Origin: Macrostomum lignano
Lineage: Eukaryota
NCBI GenBank assembly: GCA_002269645.1
Contig: NIVC01002286.1
Location: 62,001 to 126,000 of the forward strand
Direction of reading: 5' to 3'
DNA: 64,000 nt
A model generated the notes under the pieces. That model was not told the origin of the DNA, did not search any database, and saw nothing but the letters and a program-made list of their open reading frames with translations. Below, one piece after another: positions 33,776 through 46,766 of the stretch. A program made the translations under genes and the position numbers. Each line of letters opens with the position of its first letter. Positions within the stretch are counted from its first letter, which is position 1.

Positions 33776-36700
33776 ACACCCCCGCTCCCCCACCCCTCCC
33801 GCGCGTTGTTGTTGTGGAGGGTGGTTGTTGTTGTGGGGTTTGCGTAACGTGGGGGCTGCCGCCCCCACACCCCCGCTCCCCCACCCCTCCCGCGCGTTGT
33901 TGTTGGGGAGGGTGGTTGTTGTTGTGGGGTTTGCGTAACGTGGGGACTGCCGCCCCCACACCCCCGCTCCCCCACCCCACCCCTCCGCAACTTTTCCCAC
34001 CTCTAACACATCTTTTTAGCATGCTAAAACTGCTTGTAAGCCTTTGGCGACCGCGCAACACATGATACTTGCCGATATGTATCGTAATATTCTTTCTGCA
34101 CTAACAAATCATCTGTGCCGCACTTTCAGCTTCACTCTTACTCTTTAATAAGGTATAGAAGGAAAGGAAAATTAAACAATCAATATTAAATTATATTCAA
34201 GTGAAAGAGAATTGAAAATACTAATAAATCCGTTCCTGCTAAAAAAATTAAATATAAAAAAAACTTGGCCCACTTGGGATTCGAACCCGTGTTTAGGCCA
34301 TTTACAAAGCAACTGCCTTCGGCCCCGATCCATCTCTTACTTAAGCAGAGCTCTACAGTGCACGCCGTTTATATCGAATATTCCCTATGGTAGCCACTTT
34401 TACGATTTTTGCTGCTTTTTCATACATTTCTGCTCGCTGCATCGCAGCGCCTTCATCTAAAAATGCGAGTCGCATGTCGTTACAGAGATAACATCAAGGC
34501 GCATTCATCTAATGCATTTTTAAAGTATGTCAACAAATTTTACGCCTCCTAGGCGCCAAATTGTGCATTTTCACCTGTTCTGACAGGTATTCAAACAGGT
34601 ATTAAGACCTGTTAACTTAAGAATCAGTTTTCAAAACTAATTTAGTTGCACAGTGCATCCATAGTGCTGTTTTTAGACACCAAAATTGAGTCTCTAGGCC
34701 TTGCCAATGCAGAGTTATTAGCAAAAGTATGCTCAAAATTTGCCCAAAAATAGCCTTCTCAAAATTCGGAGCCAATTTTCTCAAAAATACGAATTTTCCA
34801 GCCATGTTGGCGTATGACCGGTGAAACTTTAGCTATTCGACTAAACAATATTGAAAATGCAGAAAAATCGGTGCGCAAAATTTCTTATTTTTCGACTTCA
34901 AAGTTTGTACCCCCAAATGGGCCGTTTTTCACTTAACAGGTAAAAAGTACCTGTTAACAGGGGTTTTTTCATGAGTGTCTTATGTCATTCAAAAGGGCAT
35001 CCAATGGGCTACAATTTGACGCCATACTCGAAAAACTTTGCCCCATTTTAAAAAAATTTCCTTAACAACGTCTGATTTTCTGCAGTGCCCCCCGGCCTCT
35101 TTTTTCCCTGGTTTTCGGGTCACTGCTCAGCACAGGTAGGTCCAAATGCTTAGAAAATTTAGGAAAACAAATTTCCATATGTTTGACACGTCGTGTTAAA
35201 GTCTCAACACCGTAGCATAAAACACTTTTTCAAGTTTGAAGACTACTTTTTTAAAACGTGACCCAATTTTTTGAAAATGTCGTTTTTAGGCACTCTTTGG
35301 CACCTGGGCAGGTTATTGATGGCCCAATCAGCCAAATCTCGATGTTTCCGAATAGAAGACATCCATTTGAGTAATTTGGTGTAGAAATATTAAAAAATAA
35401 ACTTTTCCATCTCGACGAGATAGGCCTCACAAAAGTGCACTAAAAATTTGTACTTTTAAAGTGCAGATAGGCAGCCATGTGAAAAGTACATTTTAGCCCT
35501 AAAAACTATAGCGCATCAAACAGCCCCAGGTGTTATTGACACTATGAGGCAGCTCAAAGGCCGCGCTATCGCGCGTCCTTTTCGCTGCGGTGAGGCAAAG
35601 TTGGAAAAAATGCCAATTTTTCGACCTCAAAAAACACGTTTTTTGTACTTTTACCTGTGAAGTGAAAGTACAATCAAAAAATCCATTTCTGATCATTGTA
35701 GCGTTTGAATGCCCGCGTTTACTGAGCCCACTCGCTAAGCGCTGCCATATTCTCAATCCTTATTTTTTGAGATCAAAGTTTTTGACAAAGTCGAAAAAAC
35801 GCAGTTTTTGGTTGCCATGGCAACCAAAACGCGTTGCCATAGCAACCAACTATTGTGCATCCGATAGCGCTAGGTCTTTGACACATTTTGGCAAAAACAG
35901 TTTGTAAATCGGTCGTACCGTTTTTTCTGCGCAGCGTTTCAAAGTTGAAAAACGTCATTTTTAGTGTGTGCAACCACGTTACATCTTATCAGGGACGATT
36001 TCGCAAAAGTAAGCAGCATAGAAAAAAATTCTCGCTTCGCTCGCCTTTTTTTCTATACTACTTACTGGCTCATCGTCCCACAACTAGTAACTAGATTATA
36101 ATCTTGTCTAAATCAAAATTTTGATGGCAGCAAAAGAATATCTAAAAGAGACAAAATATATACTAGAGTATTTTTGCTTAACTATTTGTTTTAAAGATTG
36201 AAGGTCCAACTGAAGAGACTCGCTAGACTAGTGAATGAAGACGCTGTCGTCTTCAAAGGTGGGACGATGGTTTATATATTGTTTGTAACTTTTATGGCCT
36301 AATTTTAATTTTAAAAAAAAAAACTAAGAAGCTTAGTTGATTATAATTTAATTTAAACAAGTTTAAGCATAACTGTTTAAAAAATTAATAAAAATACTTG
36401 TGATGATTTATTACGTCCATTATTGTTTATGGCTATGACCTATTTATTTAACCCAAATTAAGAACTAATTAAAACGCTATATTGTGTTTTTATATTTTAC
36501 GGCTATGACGTATGAAGAACTAAGAAGCTTAATGGGCTACATTTTCAATTTGATTTAAACAAAGTTTATACATAACTGTTTGAATATAATAATAAAAAAT
36601 ATTTATAAAGCAAACATAAATTGCAGGTATACATTTACTGCTAAAATACATCTTAGTGACCAATATTTCTAAATCCTAAATACCTTACGCCAAATATCCA

Positions 36701-36884
36701 AAATAAATAGTGCACAATTCAGTCTCGACGAGACTGTCTCGTGCAGCAGGCTATCCCACCAAGTACCACTAGAGTATTTATAGGACGTAAAACTCAAACA
36801 TGGTGTGAAATTATTGAGGGCTAATTAGCCACTTGTCGAAGAGCATCCGCGTCCTTGTGCGGAGTTTCCACTTTGGTTGTTGTG

Positions 36885-37295
36885 TAGTAAGGGTTGTTAA
36901 GGGCGTTGTTGTTGTTGTTGGGGTTGTTGTTGTTGTTCTTGGGGTTGTTGTTGTTGTTGTTGGGTTGTTGTTGATGGGGTTGCTGTTGTTGTTGGGGTTG
37001 TTGTGTTGTTGTTGGGTTGTTGTTGTTGTTGTTGGGGTTGTTGTTGTTGATGGGGTTGTTGTTGTTGTTGGGGTTGTTTTTGTTGTTGGGTAGGGGTTGC
37101 GTAATGTGGGGGGCCGCTGCCCCCCACACCCCCCGCTCCCCCACCCCTCCCCGCGTGTTGTTGGGTAGGGGTTGCGTAATGTGGGGGGCCGCTGCCCCCC
37201 ACACCCCCCGCTCCCCACCCCTCCCCGCGTGTTGTTGGGTAGGGGTTGCGTAATGTGGGGGCTGCTGCCCCCCACACCCCCGCTCCCCCCCTTCC
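36885..37295. repeat. (GTT)n/G-run microsatellite plus ~65-bp GC hairpin repeats inside unit 3
   Basis: gttgttgttgggg tract followed by 3 copies of ggttgcgtaatgtgggggg(cc)gctgcccccacacccccgctcccc. Confidence 0.9.
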
Positions 37296-39809
37296 ACAAC
37301 TTTTCCCACATCTAAACACATCTTTGTAATATTTTACATCTACATTCCAGCCTTCAGACGACCAGACACCAAATTACTTGCTTGCCGATATGTATCGTAA
37401 TATACTTTTTGCACTAACAATCATACGTGCCGCACTAAAACATTTACTCTTACTCTTTAAATACGTGTAAAAACAATAATTAATTCTAATTAATGAAATT
37501 TTATTGTATAAAAAACATAAGAATTAGAAAAGTAAAGGAAACTAAAAATCGGTTTGCTCTAAAAAAACTTTTAACTAAAAAAGTTATCAGACCACATGGG
37601 AATCGAACCCATGCAACACTAAATTATCAGGCAACTAACGATGCCACTAAGCCACCAGATGCTTACCATTTGATACTACAGTACACGCACTTTAAATCAA
37701 ATATTGCCAATAGCAGCCATTTCTACCATTTTTGCTGCTTTTTCATACATTTCTGCTCGCTGCATCGCAATGCCTTGACCTAAAAAATGTGAGTCGCATG
37801 TCGTTGCAGAGATAACATCAAGGCGCATCTATCTAATGCATTTTCAAAGTATGTCAACAAATTTTTACGGCTGCTAGGCGCCAAAATATGAATTTTTACC
37901 TGTTCTGACAGGTATTCAAACAGGTATTAAGACCTGTTAACTTAAGGATCAGTTTTCAAAACTTATTTAGTTGCATAGTGCATCCATAATGCTGTTTTTA
38001 GACACCAAACTTGAGTCTCTAGGTTTCTCCAATGCAGAGTTATTGGCAAAAATGTGCTCAAAATTTGCCTAAAAATGGCCTACTCAAAATTCGGAGTCAA
38101 TTTTCTCAAAAATACGAATTTTCCAGCTATATTGGCGTATGACCTATTAAACTTCAGCTATTCGGCTAAACAATATTGAAAATGCAGAAAAATCGGTGCG
38201 CAAAATTTCTTATTTTTCCACTCCAAAGTTTGTACCCCCAAATGGGCCGTTTTTCACTTAACAGGTAAAAAGTACCTGTTAACAGGGGTTTTTTCAGGAG
38301 TGTCTTATGTCATTCAAAAGGGCATCCGATGGGCTACAATTTGACACTACACTCGAAAAAATTCGCCCCATTTTAAAAAATTTTTCTTAACAACGTCTGA
38401 TTTTCTGCAGAGCCCCCGGCCTCTTTTTTCCCCGGTTTCCGGGTCACTGCTCCGCACAGGTAGGTCCAAATGCTTAGAAAATTCAGGAAAACAAATTTCC
38501 ATATGTTTGACACGTTGTGTTAAAGTCTCAACACCGTAGCATAAAACACTTTCTTATTTTTTGGGACTACTTTTAAAAACGTGACCCAATTTTTCGAAAA
38601 TGTCGTTTTTAGGCACTCTTTGGCACCTGGGCAGGTTATTGATGGCCCAATCGGCCAAATCTCGATGTTTCCGATTAAAAGACATCTATTTGAGTTATTT
38701 GGTATGCAAAACAGCAAAAATAAAGTTTTCCATCTCGACGCCATAGGCCTCACAAAAGTGCACTAAAAATTTGTACTTTTAAAGTGCAGATAGGCAGCCA
38801 TGTGAAAAGTACATTTTAGCCCTAAAAACTATAGCGCATCAAACAGCCCCAGGTGTTATTGACGCTATGAGGCAGCTCAAAGGCCGCGCTATCGCGCGTC
38901 CTTTTCGCTGCGGTAAGGCAAAGTTGGAAAAAATGCCAATTTTTCGACCTCAAAAAACACGTTTTTTGTACTTTTAGCCTAGACGTTAAAGTACAATCAA
39001 AAAATCCATTTCGGATCATTGTAGCGTTTGAATGCCCGCGCTTACTGAGCCCACTCGCTAAGCGCTGCCATAATTTCCTGCCGCTGTAATTAAGATCAAA
39101 GTTTTTGAAAAAGTTGAAAAAACGCAGTTTTTGGTTGCCATGGCAACCAAAACGCGTCGCTATGGCAACCAAACACTGCGGCTCTGGTAGCCCCAAGTCT
39201 TTGACGCATTTTGGCAAAAACCGTTTGTAAATTGGTCGTACCGTTTTTTATTGGCAGCGTTTAAAAGTTGAAAAACGTCATTTTAGTGTATGACATATGG
39301 CCCACATCTTATCAGGGACGATTTCGCAAAAGTAAGCAGTATAGAAAAAAATTCTCGCTTCGCTCGCATTTTTTTCTATACTACTTACTGGCTCATCGTC
39401 CCACAACTAGTGAATGAAGACGCTGTCGTCTTCAAAGGTGGGACGATGGTTTATATATTGTTCGTAACTTTTATGGCCTAATTTTAAATTTAAAAAAAAA
39501 ACTAAGAAGCTTAGTTGATTATAATTTAATTTAAACAAAGTTTAAGCATAACTATTTAAAAAAATTAATAAAAATACTTATGATGGTTTATTATGTCCAT
39601 TATTGTTTATGGCTATGACCTATTTATTTAACCCAAATTAAGAACTAATTAAAACGCTATATCGTGTTTTTATATTTTACGGCTATACTGCATTTTCAAT
39701 TTGATTTAAACAAAGTTTATACATAACTGTGGAAATATAATAATAAAAAATATTTTATTAGATTACAAGAATATCCACTCTGCTGTTGTGTAGAAAGGGT
39801 TGTTAAGGC

Positions 39810-40230
39810 GGTTGTTGTTGTTTGTTGGTTGTAAAAGGGGTTGTTGTTGTTGGGGTTTTTGTTGTTGTTGGGGTTGTTGTTGTTGTTGTTGGGGGTGGTT
39901 GTTGTTGGGGGTTTGCGTAACGTGGGGGCTGCCGCCCCACACCCCGCTCCCCCACCCCTCCCGCGCGTTGTTGTTGGGGAGGGTGGTTGTTGTTGGGGGT
40001 TTGCGTAACGTGGGGGCTGCCGCCCCCACACCCCCGCTCCCCCACCCCTCCCGCGCGTTGTTGTTGGGGAGGGTGGTTGTTGTTGGGGGTTTGCGTAACG
40101 TGGGGGCTGCCGCCCCCACACCCCGCTCCCCCACCCCTCCCGCGCGTTGTTGTTGGGGAGGGTGGTTGTTGTTGGGGTTTGCGTATTGTGGGGGCTGCCG
40201 CCCCCACACCCCCGCTCCCCCACCTAACCC
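39810..40230. repeat. (GTT)n plus ~85-90 bp GC hairpin repeats inside unit 4
   Basis: About 4 copies of tttgcgtaacgtgggggctgccgcccccacacccccgctcccccacccctcccgcgcgttgttgttggggagggtggttgttgttg. Confidence 0.92.
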
Positions 40231-43200
40231 CTCCGCAAATTTTCGCACCTCTAACACATCTTTTTAGCACGCTAAAACTGCTTGTAAGCCTTCTGGCGAC
40301 CACGCAACACATACTTGCCGATATGTATCGTAATATTCTTTCTGCACTAACAAATCATCTGTGCCGCACTTTCAGCTTCACTCTTACTCGTTAATAAGGT
40401 ATACAAGGAAAGGAAAATTAAACAATTAATATTAAATTATATTCAAGTGAAAGAGAATTAAAAATACTAATAAATCCGTTCCTGCTAAAAAAATTAAATA
40501 TTAAAAAACCTGGCCCACTTGGGATTCGAACCCGGGTACATGCAGTTTGCAAAGCAACTGCCTTCGGCCCCGATCCATCTCTCGCTTAAGCGAAGCTCTA
40601 CAGTGCACGCGCTTTATATCGAATATTCCGTATGTATGGTAGCCACTTATACGATTTTTGCTGCTTTTTCATACATTTCTGCTCACTGCATCGCAACGCT
40701 TCTACCTAAAAATACGAGTCGCATGTCGTTACAATCAAAACATCAAGGCGCATTCATCTAATGCATTTTCAAACTATGTCAACAAATTTTTTCGGCTGCT
40801 AGGCGCCAAATTATGAATTTTTACCTGTTCTGACAGGTATTCAAACAGGTATTTAGACCTGTTAACCTAAGAATCAGTTTTCAAAACTTATTTAGTTGCA
40901 TAGTGCATCCATAATGCTGTTTTTAGACACCAAACTTGAGTCTCTAGGTCTCGCCAATGCAGAGTTATTAGCAAAAGTATGCTCAAAATTTGCCCAAAAA
41001 TGGCCTACTCAAAATTCGGAGCCAATTTTCTCAAAAATACGAATTTTCCAGCCATATTGGCGTATGACCGGTGAAACTTCAGCTATTCGACTAAACAATA
41101 TTGAAAATGCAGAAAAATTGGTGCGCAAAATTTCTTATTTTTCGACTTCAAAGTTTGTACCCCAAATGGGCCGTTTTTCACTTAACAGGTAAAAAGTACC
41201 TGTTAACAGGTATTTTTTCCAGAGTGTCTTGCGCCATTCGAACGGGCATCCGATGGGCTACAATTTGACACTACACTCGAAAAAATTCGCCCAGTAATAA
41301 AAATTTTTCTTTAACAACATATGCTTTTTTGGTCGAGTCCCCCGGCCTCTTTTTTCCCCGGTTTCCGGGTCACTGCTCCGCACAGGTAGGTCCAAATGCT
41401 TAGAAAATTTAGGAAAACAAATTTCCATATGTTTGACACGTTTTGTTAAAATCTCAACACCGTAGCTTAAAACACTTTCTTATTTTTGGAGACTACTTTT
41501 TGAAAACGTGACCCAAATTTTCAAAAACACTGTTTTTGACCCTTGTAGCCATATAGAGCAGCAATGAATGGCCCAATCAAGCAGATCTCAGCATTTCCGA
41601 ATAAAAGACATCCATTTAAGTGATTTGGGTTGAAAAATTGAAAAAATCAAGATTTGCATCTGTATAGGATAAGCCTCTTTAAAGTGCACAAACGGTTTGT
41701 ACTTTTAAAGTGCAGATAGGCAGCCATGTCAAAAGTACATTTTAGCCCAAAATATTATAGCGCATCTAAAAGCCCCAGGTGTTGTTGACATTAGGCAGCA
41801 GCTCAAAAGCCGCGCTATTGCGCGTCCTTTTCGCTGCAGTACGGGCAAGGTTGAAAAACATGTACAAAAAATTGGCCGAAAAATTGCATTTTTAATAATC
41901 AGATGCAGTTTGCTCAAAAATACGAATTTTCCAGCCATATTGGCGTATGACCGGTGAAACTTTAGCTATTCGACTAAACAATATTGAAAATGCAGAAAAA
42001 TCGGTGCGCAAAATTTCTTATTTTTCGACTTCAAAGTTTGTACCCCCAAATGGGCCGTTTTTCACTTAACAGGTAAAAAGTACCTGTTAACAGGGGTTTT
42101 TTCCAGAGTGTCTTATGTCATTCAAAAGGGCATCCGATGGGCTACAATTTGACACTACACTCGAAAAAATTCGCTCCATTTTAAAAAAATTTCCTTAACA
42201 ACGTTTGATTTTCTGCAGAGCCCCCGGCCTCTTTTTTCCCTGGTTTCCGGGTCACTGCTCAGCACAGGTAGGTCCAAATGCTTAGAAAATTTAGGAAAAC
42301 AAATTTCCAAATGTTTGACACGTTGTGTTAAAGTCTCAACACCGTAGCATAAAACACTTTCTTATTTTTTGGGACTACTTTTTAAAAACGTGACCCAATT
42401 TTTCGAAAATGTCGTTTTTAGGCACTCTTTGGCACCTGGGCAGGTTATTGATGGCCCAATCGGCCAGATCTCAATGTTTCCGAATAGAAGACATCCATTT
42501 GAGTAATTTGGTGTAGAAATATTAAAAAATAAAGTTTTCCATCTCGACGCCATAGGCCTCACAAAAGTGCACTAAAAATTTGTACTTTTAAACAGCAGAT
42601 AGGCAGCCATGTGAAAAGTACATTTTAGCCCTAAAAACTATAGCGCATCAAACAGCCCCAGGTGTTATTGACGCTATGAGGCAGCTCAAAGGCCGCGCTA
42701 TCGCGCGTCCTTTTCGCTGCGGTGAGGCAAAGTTGAAAAAAATGCCGATTTTTCGACCTCAAAAAACACGTTTTTTGTACTTTTACCCTAAAAGTTAAAG
42801 TACAATCAAAAAATCCATTTCTGGTCATTGTAGCGTTCGAATGCCCGCGTTTACTGAGCCAGCCCGCTAAGCGCTGCCATATTCTCAATCCTTATTTTTT
42901 TAGATCAAATTTTTTGACAATGTCGAAAAAACGCAGTTTTTGGTTGCCATGGCAACCAAAACGCATTGCCATGGCAACCAACTATTGTGCATCCGATAGT
43001 GCTAGGTCTTTGACACATTTTGGCAAAAACTGTTTGTAAATCGGTCGCACCGTTTTTTATTGGCAGCGTTTAAAAGTTGAAAAACGTCATTTTTAGTGTG
43101 TGCAACGGCGTTACATCTTATCAGGGACGATTTCGCAAAAGTAAGCAGCATAGAAAAAAATTCTCGCTTCGCTCGCCTTTTTTTCTATACTACTTACTGG

Positions 43201-43644
43201 CTCATCGTCCCACAACTAGTGAATGAAGACGCTGTCGTCTTCAAAGGTGGGACGATGGTTTATATTGGCTTATTATCTTTTATGGCTTAAATTAAATTAA
43301 AAAACAACTAAGAAGCTTCAAGTTGATTATAATTTAATTTAAACAAACTTTAAGCAAAACTGTTTAAAAAAATTAATAAAAATACTTATGATGGTTTATT
43401 ATGTCCATTATTGTTTATGGCTATGACCTATTTATTTAACCCAAATTAAGAACTAATTAAAACGCTATATCGTGTTTTTATATTTTACGGCTATGACGTA
43501 TGAAGTACTAAGAAGCTTAATGGGCTACATTTTCAATTTGATTTAAACAAAGTTTATACATAACTGTAGAAATATAATAATAAAAAATATTTTATTAGAT
43601 TAAAAGAATATCCACTCTGCTGTTGTGTAGAAAGGGTTGTTAAG

Positions 43645-44525
43645 GCGGTTGTTGTTGTTTGTTGGTTGTAAAAGGGGTTGTTGTTGTTGGGGTTTTTGTT
43701 GTTGTTGGGGTTGTTGTTGTTGTTGTTGGGGGTGGTTGTTGTTGTGGGGTTTGCGTAACGTGGGGGCTGCCGCCCCCACACCCCCGCTCCCCCACCCCTC
43801 CCGCGCGTTGTTGTTGGGGGGTGGTTGTTGTTGTGGGGTTTGCGTAACGTGGGGGCTCCCGCCCCCACACCCCGCTCCCCCACCCCTCCGCGCGTTGTTG
43901 TTGGGGAGGGTGGTTGTTGTTGTGGGGTTTGCGTATCGTGGGGGCTGCCGCCCCACACCCCCGCTCCCCCACCCCTCCCGCGCGTTGTTGTTGGGGAGGG
44001 TGGTTGTTGTTGTGGGGTTTGCGTAACGTGGGGGCTGCCGCCCCCACACCCCCGCTCCCCCACCCCTCCGCGCGTTGTTGTTGGGGGGTGGTTGTTTTTG
44101 TGGGGTTTGCGTAACGTGGGGGCTCCCGCCCCCACACCCCCGCTCCCCCACCCCTCCCGCGCGTTGTTGTTGGGGAGGGTGGTTGTTGTTGTGGGGTTTG
44201 CGTATCGTGGGGGCTGCCGCCCCCACACCCCCGCTCCCCCACCCCTCCCGCGCGCTGTTGTTGGGAGGGTGGTTGTTGTTGGGGGGTTTGCGTAACGTGG
44301 GGGCTGCCGCCCCCACACCCCCGCTCCCCCACCCCTCCCGCGCGTTGTTGTTGGGGAGGGTGGTTGTTGTTGTGGGGTTTGCGTAACGTGGGGGCTGCCG
44401 CCCCCACACCCCCGCTCCCCCACCCCTCCCGCGCATTGTTGTTGGGGTGGGTGGTTGTTGTTGTGGGGTTTGCGTAACGTGGGGGCTGCCGCCCCCACAC
44501 CCCCGCTCCCCACCCCACCCCTCCG
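43645..44525. repeat. (GTT)n plus ~90 bp GC hairpin repeats inside unit 5
   Basis: About 9 copies of the same ~90-bp unit as in unit 4. Confidence 0.93.
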
Positions 44526-46766
44526 CAACTTTTCCCACCTCTAACACATCTTTTTAGCATGCTAAAACTGCTTGTAAGCCTTTGGCGACCGCGCAACACA
44601 TCATACTTGCCGATATGTATCGTAATATCCTTTCTGCACTAACAAATCATCTGTGCCGCACTTTCAGCTTCACTCTTACTCTTTAATAAGGTATACAAGG
44701 AAAGGAAAATTAAACAATCAATATTAAATTATATTGAAAATACTAATAAATCCGTTCCTGCTAAAAAAATTAAATATAGAAAAAACCTGGTCCACTTGGG
44801 ATTCGAACCCGGGTACATGTATTTTACAGAGCAACTGCCTTCGCCCCGATCCATCTCTCGCTTAAGCAAAGCTCTACAGTGCACGCCGTTTATATCGAAT
44901 ATTCCCTATGGTAGCCACTTTTACGATTTTTGCTGCTTCTTCATACATTTCTGCTCACTGCATCGCAACGCCTTTACCTAAAAATACGAGTCGCATGTCG
45001 TTGCAGAGATAACATCAAGGCGCACTCATCCAATGCAATTTCAAACTATGTCAACAAATTTTTACGGCTGCTAGGCGCCACAATATGAATTTTCACCTGT
45101 TCTGACAGGTATTCAAACACGTATTACCACCTTTTAACCAGCGAATCAGTTTTCAAAACTAATTTAGTTGCATAGTGCATCCATAGTGCTGTTTTTAGAC
45201 ACCAAACTTGAGTCTCTAGGCCTTGCCAATGCAGAGTTATTACCAAAATTATGCTTAAAATTTGCCCAAAAATGGCCTTCTCAAAATTCGGAGGCAATTT
45301 TCTCGAAAATACGAATTTTCCAGCCATATTGGCGTATGACCGGTGAAACTTCAGCTATTCGACTGAACAATATTGAAAATGCAGAAAAATCGGTGCGCAA
45401 AAATTCTTATTTTTCGACTTCAAAGTTTGTACCCCCAAATGGGCCGTTTTTCACATAACAGGTAAAAAGTACCTGTTAACAGGGATTTTTTCAGGAGTGT
45501 CTTATGTCATTCAAAAGGGCATCCGATGGGTTACAATTTGACCCTACACTCGAAAAAGTTCGCCCCATTTTAAAAAAATTTCCTTAACAACGTCTGTTTT
45601 TTTGCAGTCCCCCCGGCCCCTTTTTTCCCTGGTTTCCGGGTCACTGCTCAGCACAGGTAGGTCCAAATGCTTAGAAAATTCAGGAAAACAAATTTCCATA
45701 TGTTTGACACGTCGTGTTAAAGTCTCAACACCGTAGCATAAAACACTTTTTCAAGTTTGAGGACTGCTTTTTTAAAACGTGACCCAATTTTTCGAAAACG
45801 ACGTTTTTAGGCACTCTTTGGCACCTGGGCAGGTTATTGATGGCCCAATCGGCCAAATGTCGATGTTTCTGATTAAAAGACATCCATTTGAGTTATTTGG
45901 TATACAAAACAGCAAAAATAAAGTTTTCCATCTCGACGCCATAGGCCTCACAAAAGTGCACTAAAAATTTGTACTTTTAAACAGCAGATAGGCAGCCATG
46001 TGAAAAGTACATTTTAGCCCTAAAAACTATAGCGCATCAAACAGCCCCAGGTGTTATTGACGCTATGAGGCAGCTCAAAGGCCGCGCTATCGCGCGTCCT
46101 TTTCGCTGCGGTGAGGCAAAGTTGAAAAAAATGCCGATTTTTCGACCTCAGAAAACACGTTTTTTGCACTTTTACCCTAAAAGTTAAAGTACAATCAAAA
46201 AATCCATTTCTGATCATTGTAGCGTTTGAATGCCCGCGTTTACTGAGCCCACTCGCTAAGCGCTGCCATATTCTCAATCCTTATTTTTTGAGATCAAAGT
46301 TTTTGACAAAGTCGAAAAAACGCAGTTTTTGGTTGCCATGGCAACCAAAACGCGTTGCCATAGCAACCAACTATTGTGCATCCGATAGCGCTAGGTCTTT
46401 GACACATTTTGGCAAAAACTGTTTGTAAATCGGTTGTACCGTTTTTTATTGGCAGCGTTTAAAAGTTGAAAAACGTCATTTTTAGTGTGTGCAACGGCGT
46501 TACATCTTATCAGGGACGATTTCGCAAAAGTAAGCAGTATAGAAAAAAATTCTCGCTTCGCTCGCATTTTTTTCTATACTACTTACTGGCTCATCGTCCC
46601 ACAACTAGAAGAAAAATCAACTCACTCAGAAGAGTCAAAGCGCATAGTCTATGGTTCAAATCGAAGTTCAGAAACGCGTGTAGCTTCCTCTCGCAAGTAA
46701 CAGGGCGATGAATATGGACTGTTTTCAGATAGAGTGATCCAGCTGAGAGAATGGTTCAACAGATGA

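Larger units (their letters stand above)
28139..46604 (-). mobile_element. Head-to-tail array of five non-autonomous rolling-circle-like (Helitron2/Helentron-type) elements
   Basis: Units 28139-32080, 32081-36083, 36228-39406, 39407-43215 and 43216-46604. Each reads on the minus strand TTGTGGGACGATG...CATCGTCCCAC-CTTT-GAAGACG acag CGTCTTC-ATTCA-CTAG (subterminal IR, 3' hairpin, CTAG end). No Rep/helicase ORF, so the class assignment rests on structure only. Confidence 0.8.

Noticed and set aside
36885-37085. (GTT)n/GGG tract as a telomere-like sequence
   Set aside because: It is not TTAGGG-type and is an internal microsatellite of the array unit.
31496-46277. Recurrent 85-aa ORF MRIWQRLASGLSKRGHSN... 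and other short ORFs in each array unit
   Set aside because: There are no HUH, helicase or other motifs, and the starts and frames differ between units. The recurrence just reflects the DNA repeat.
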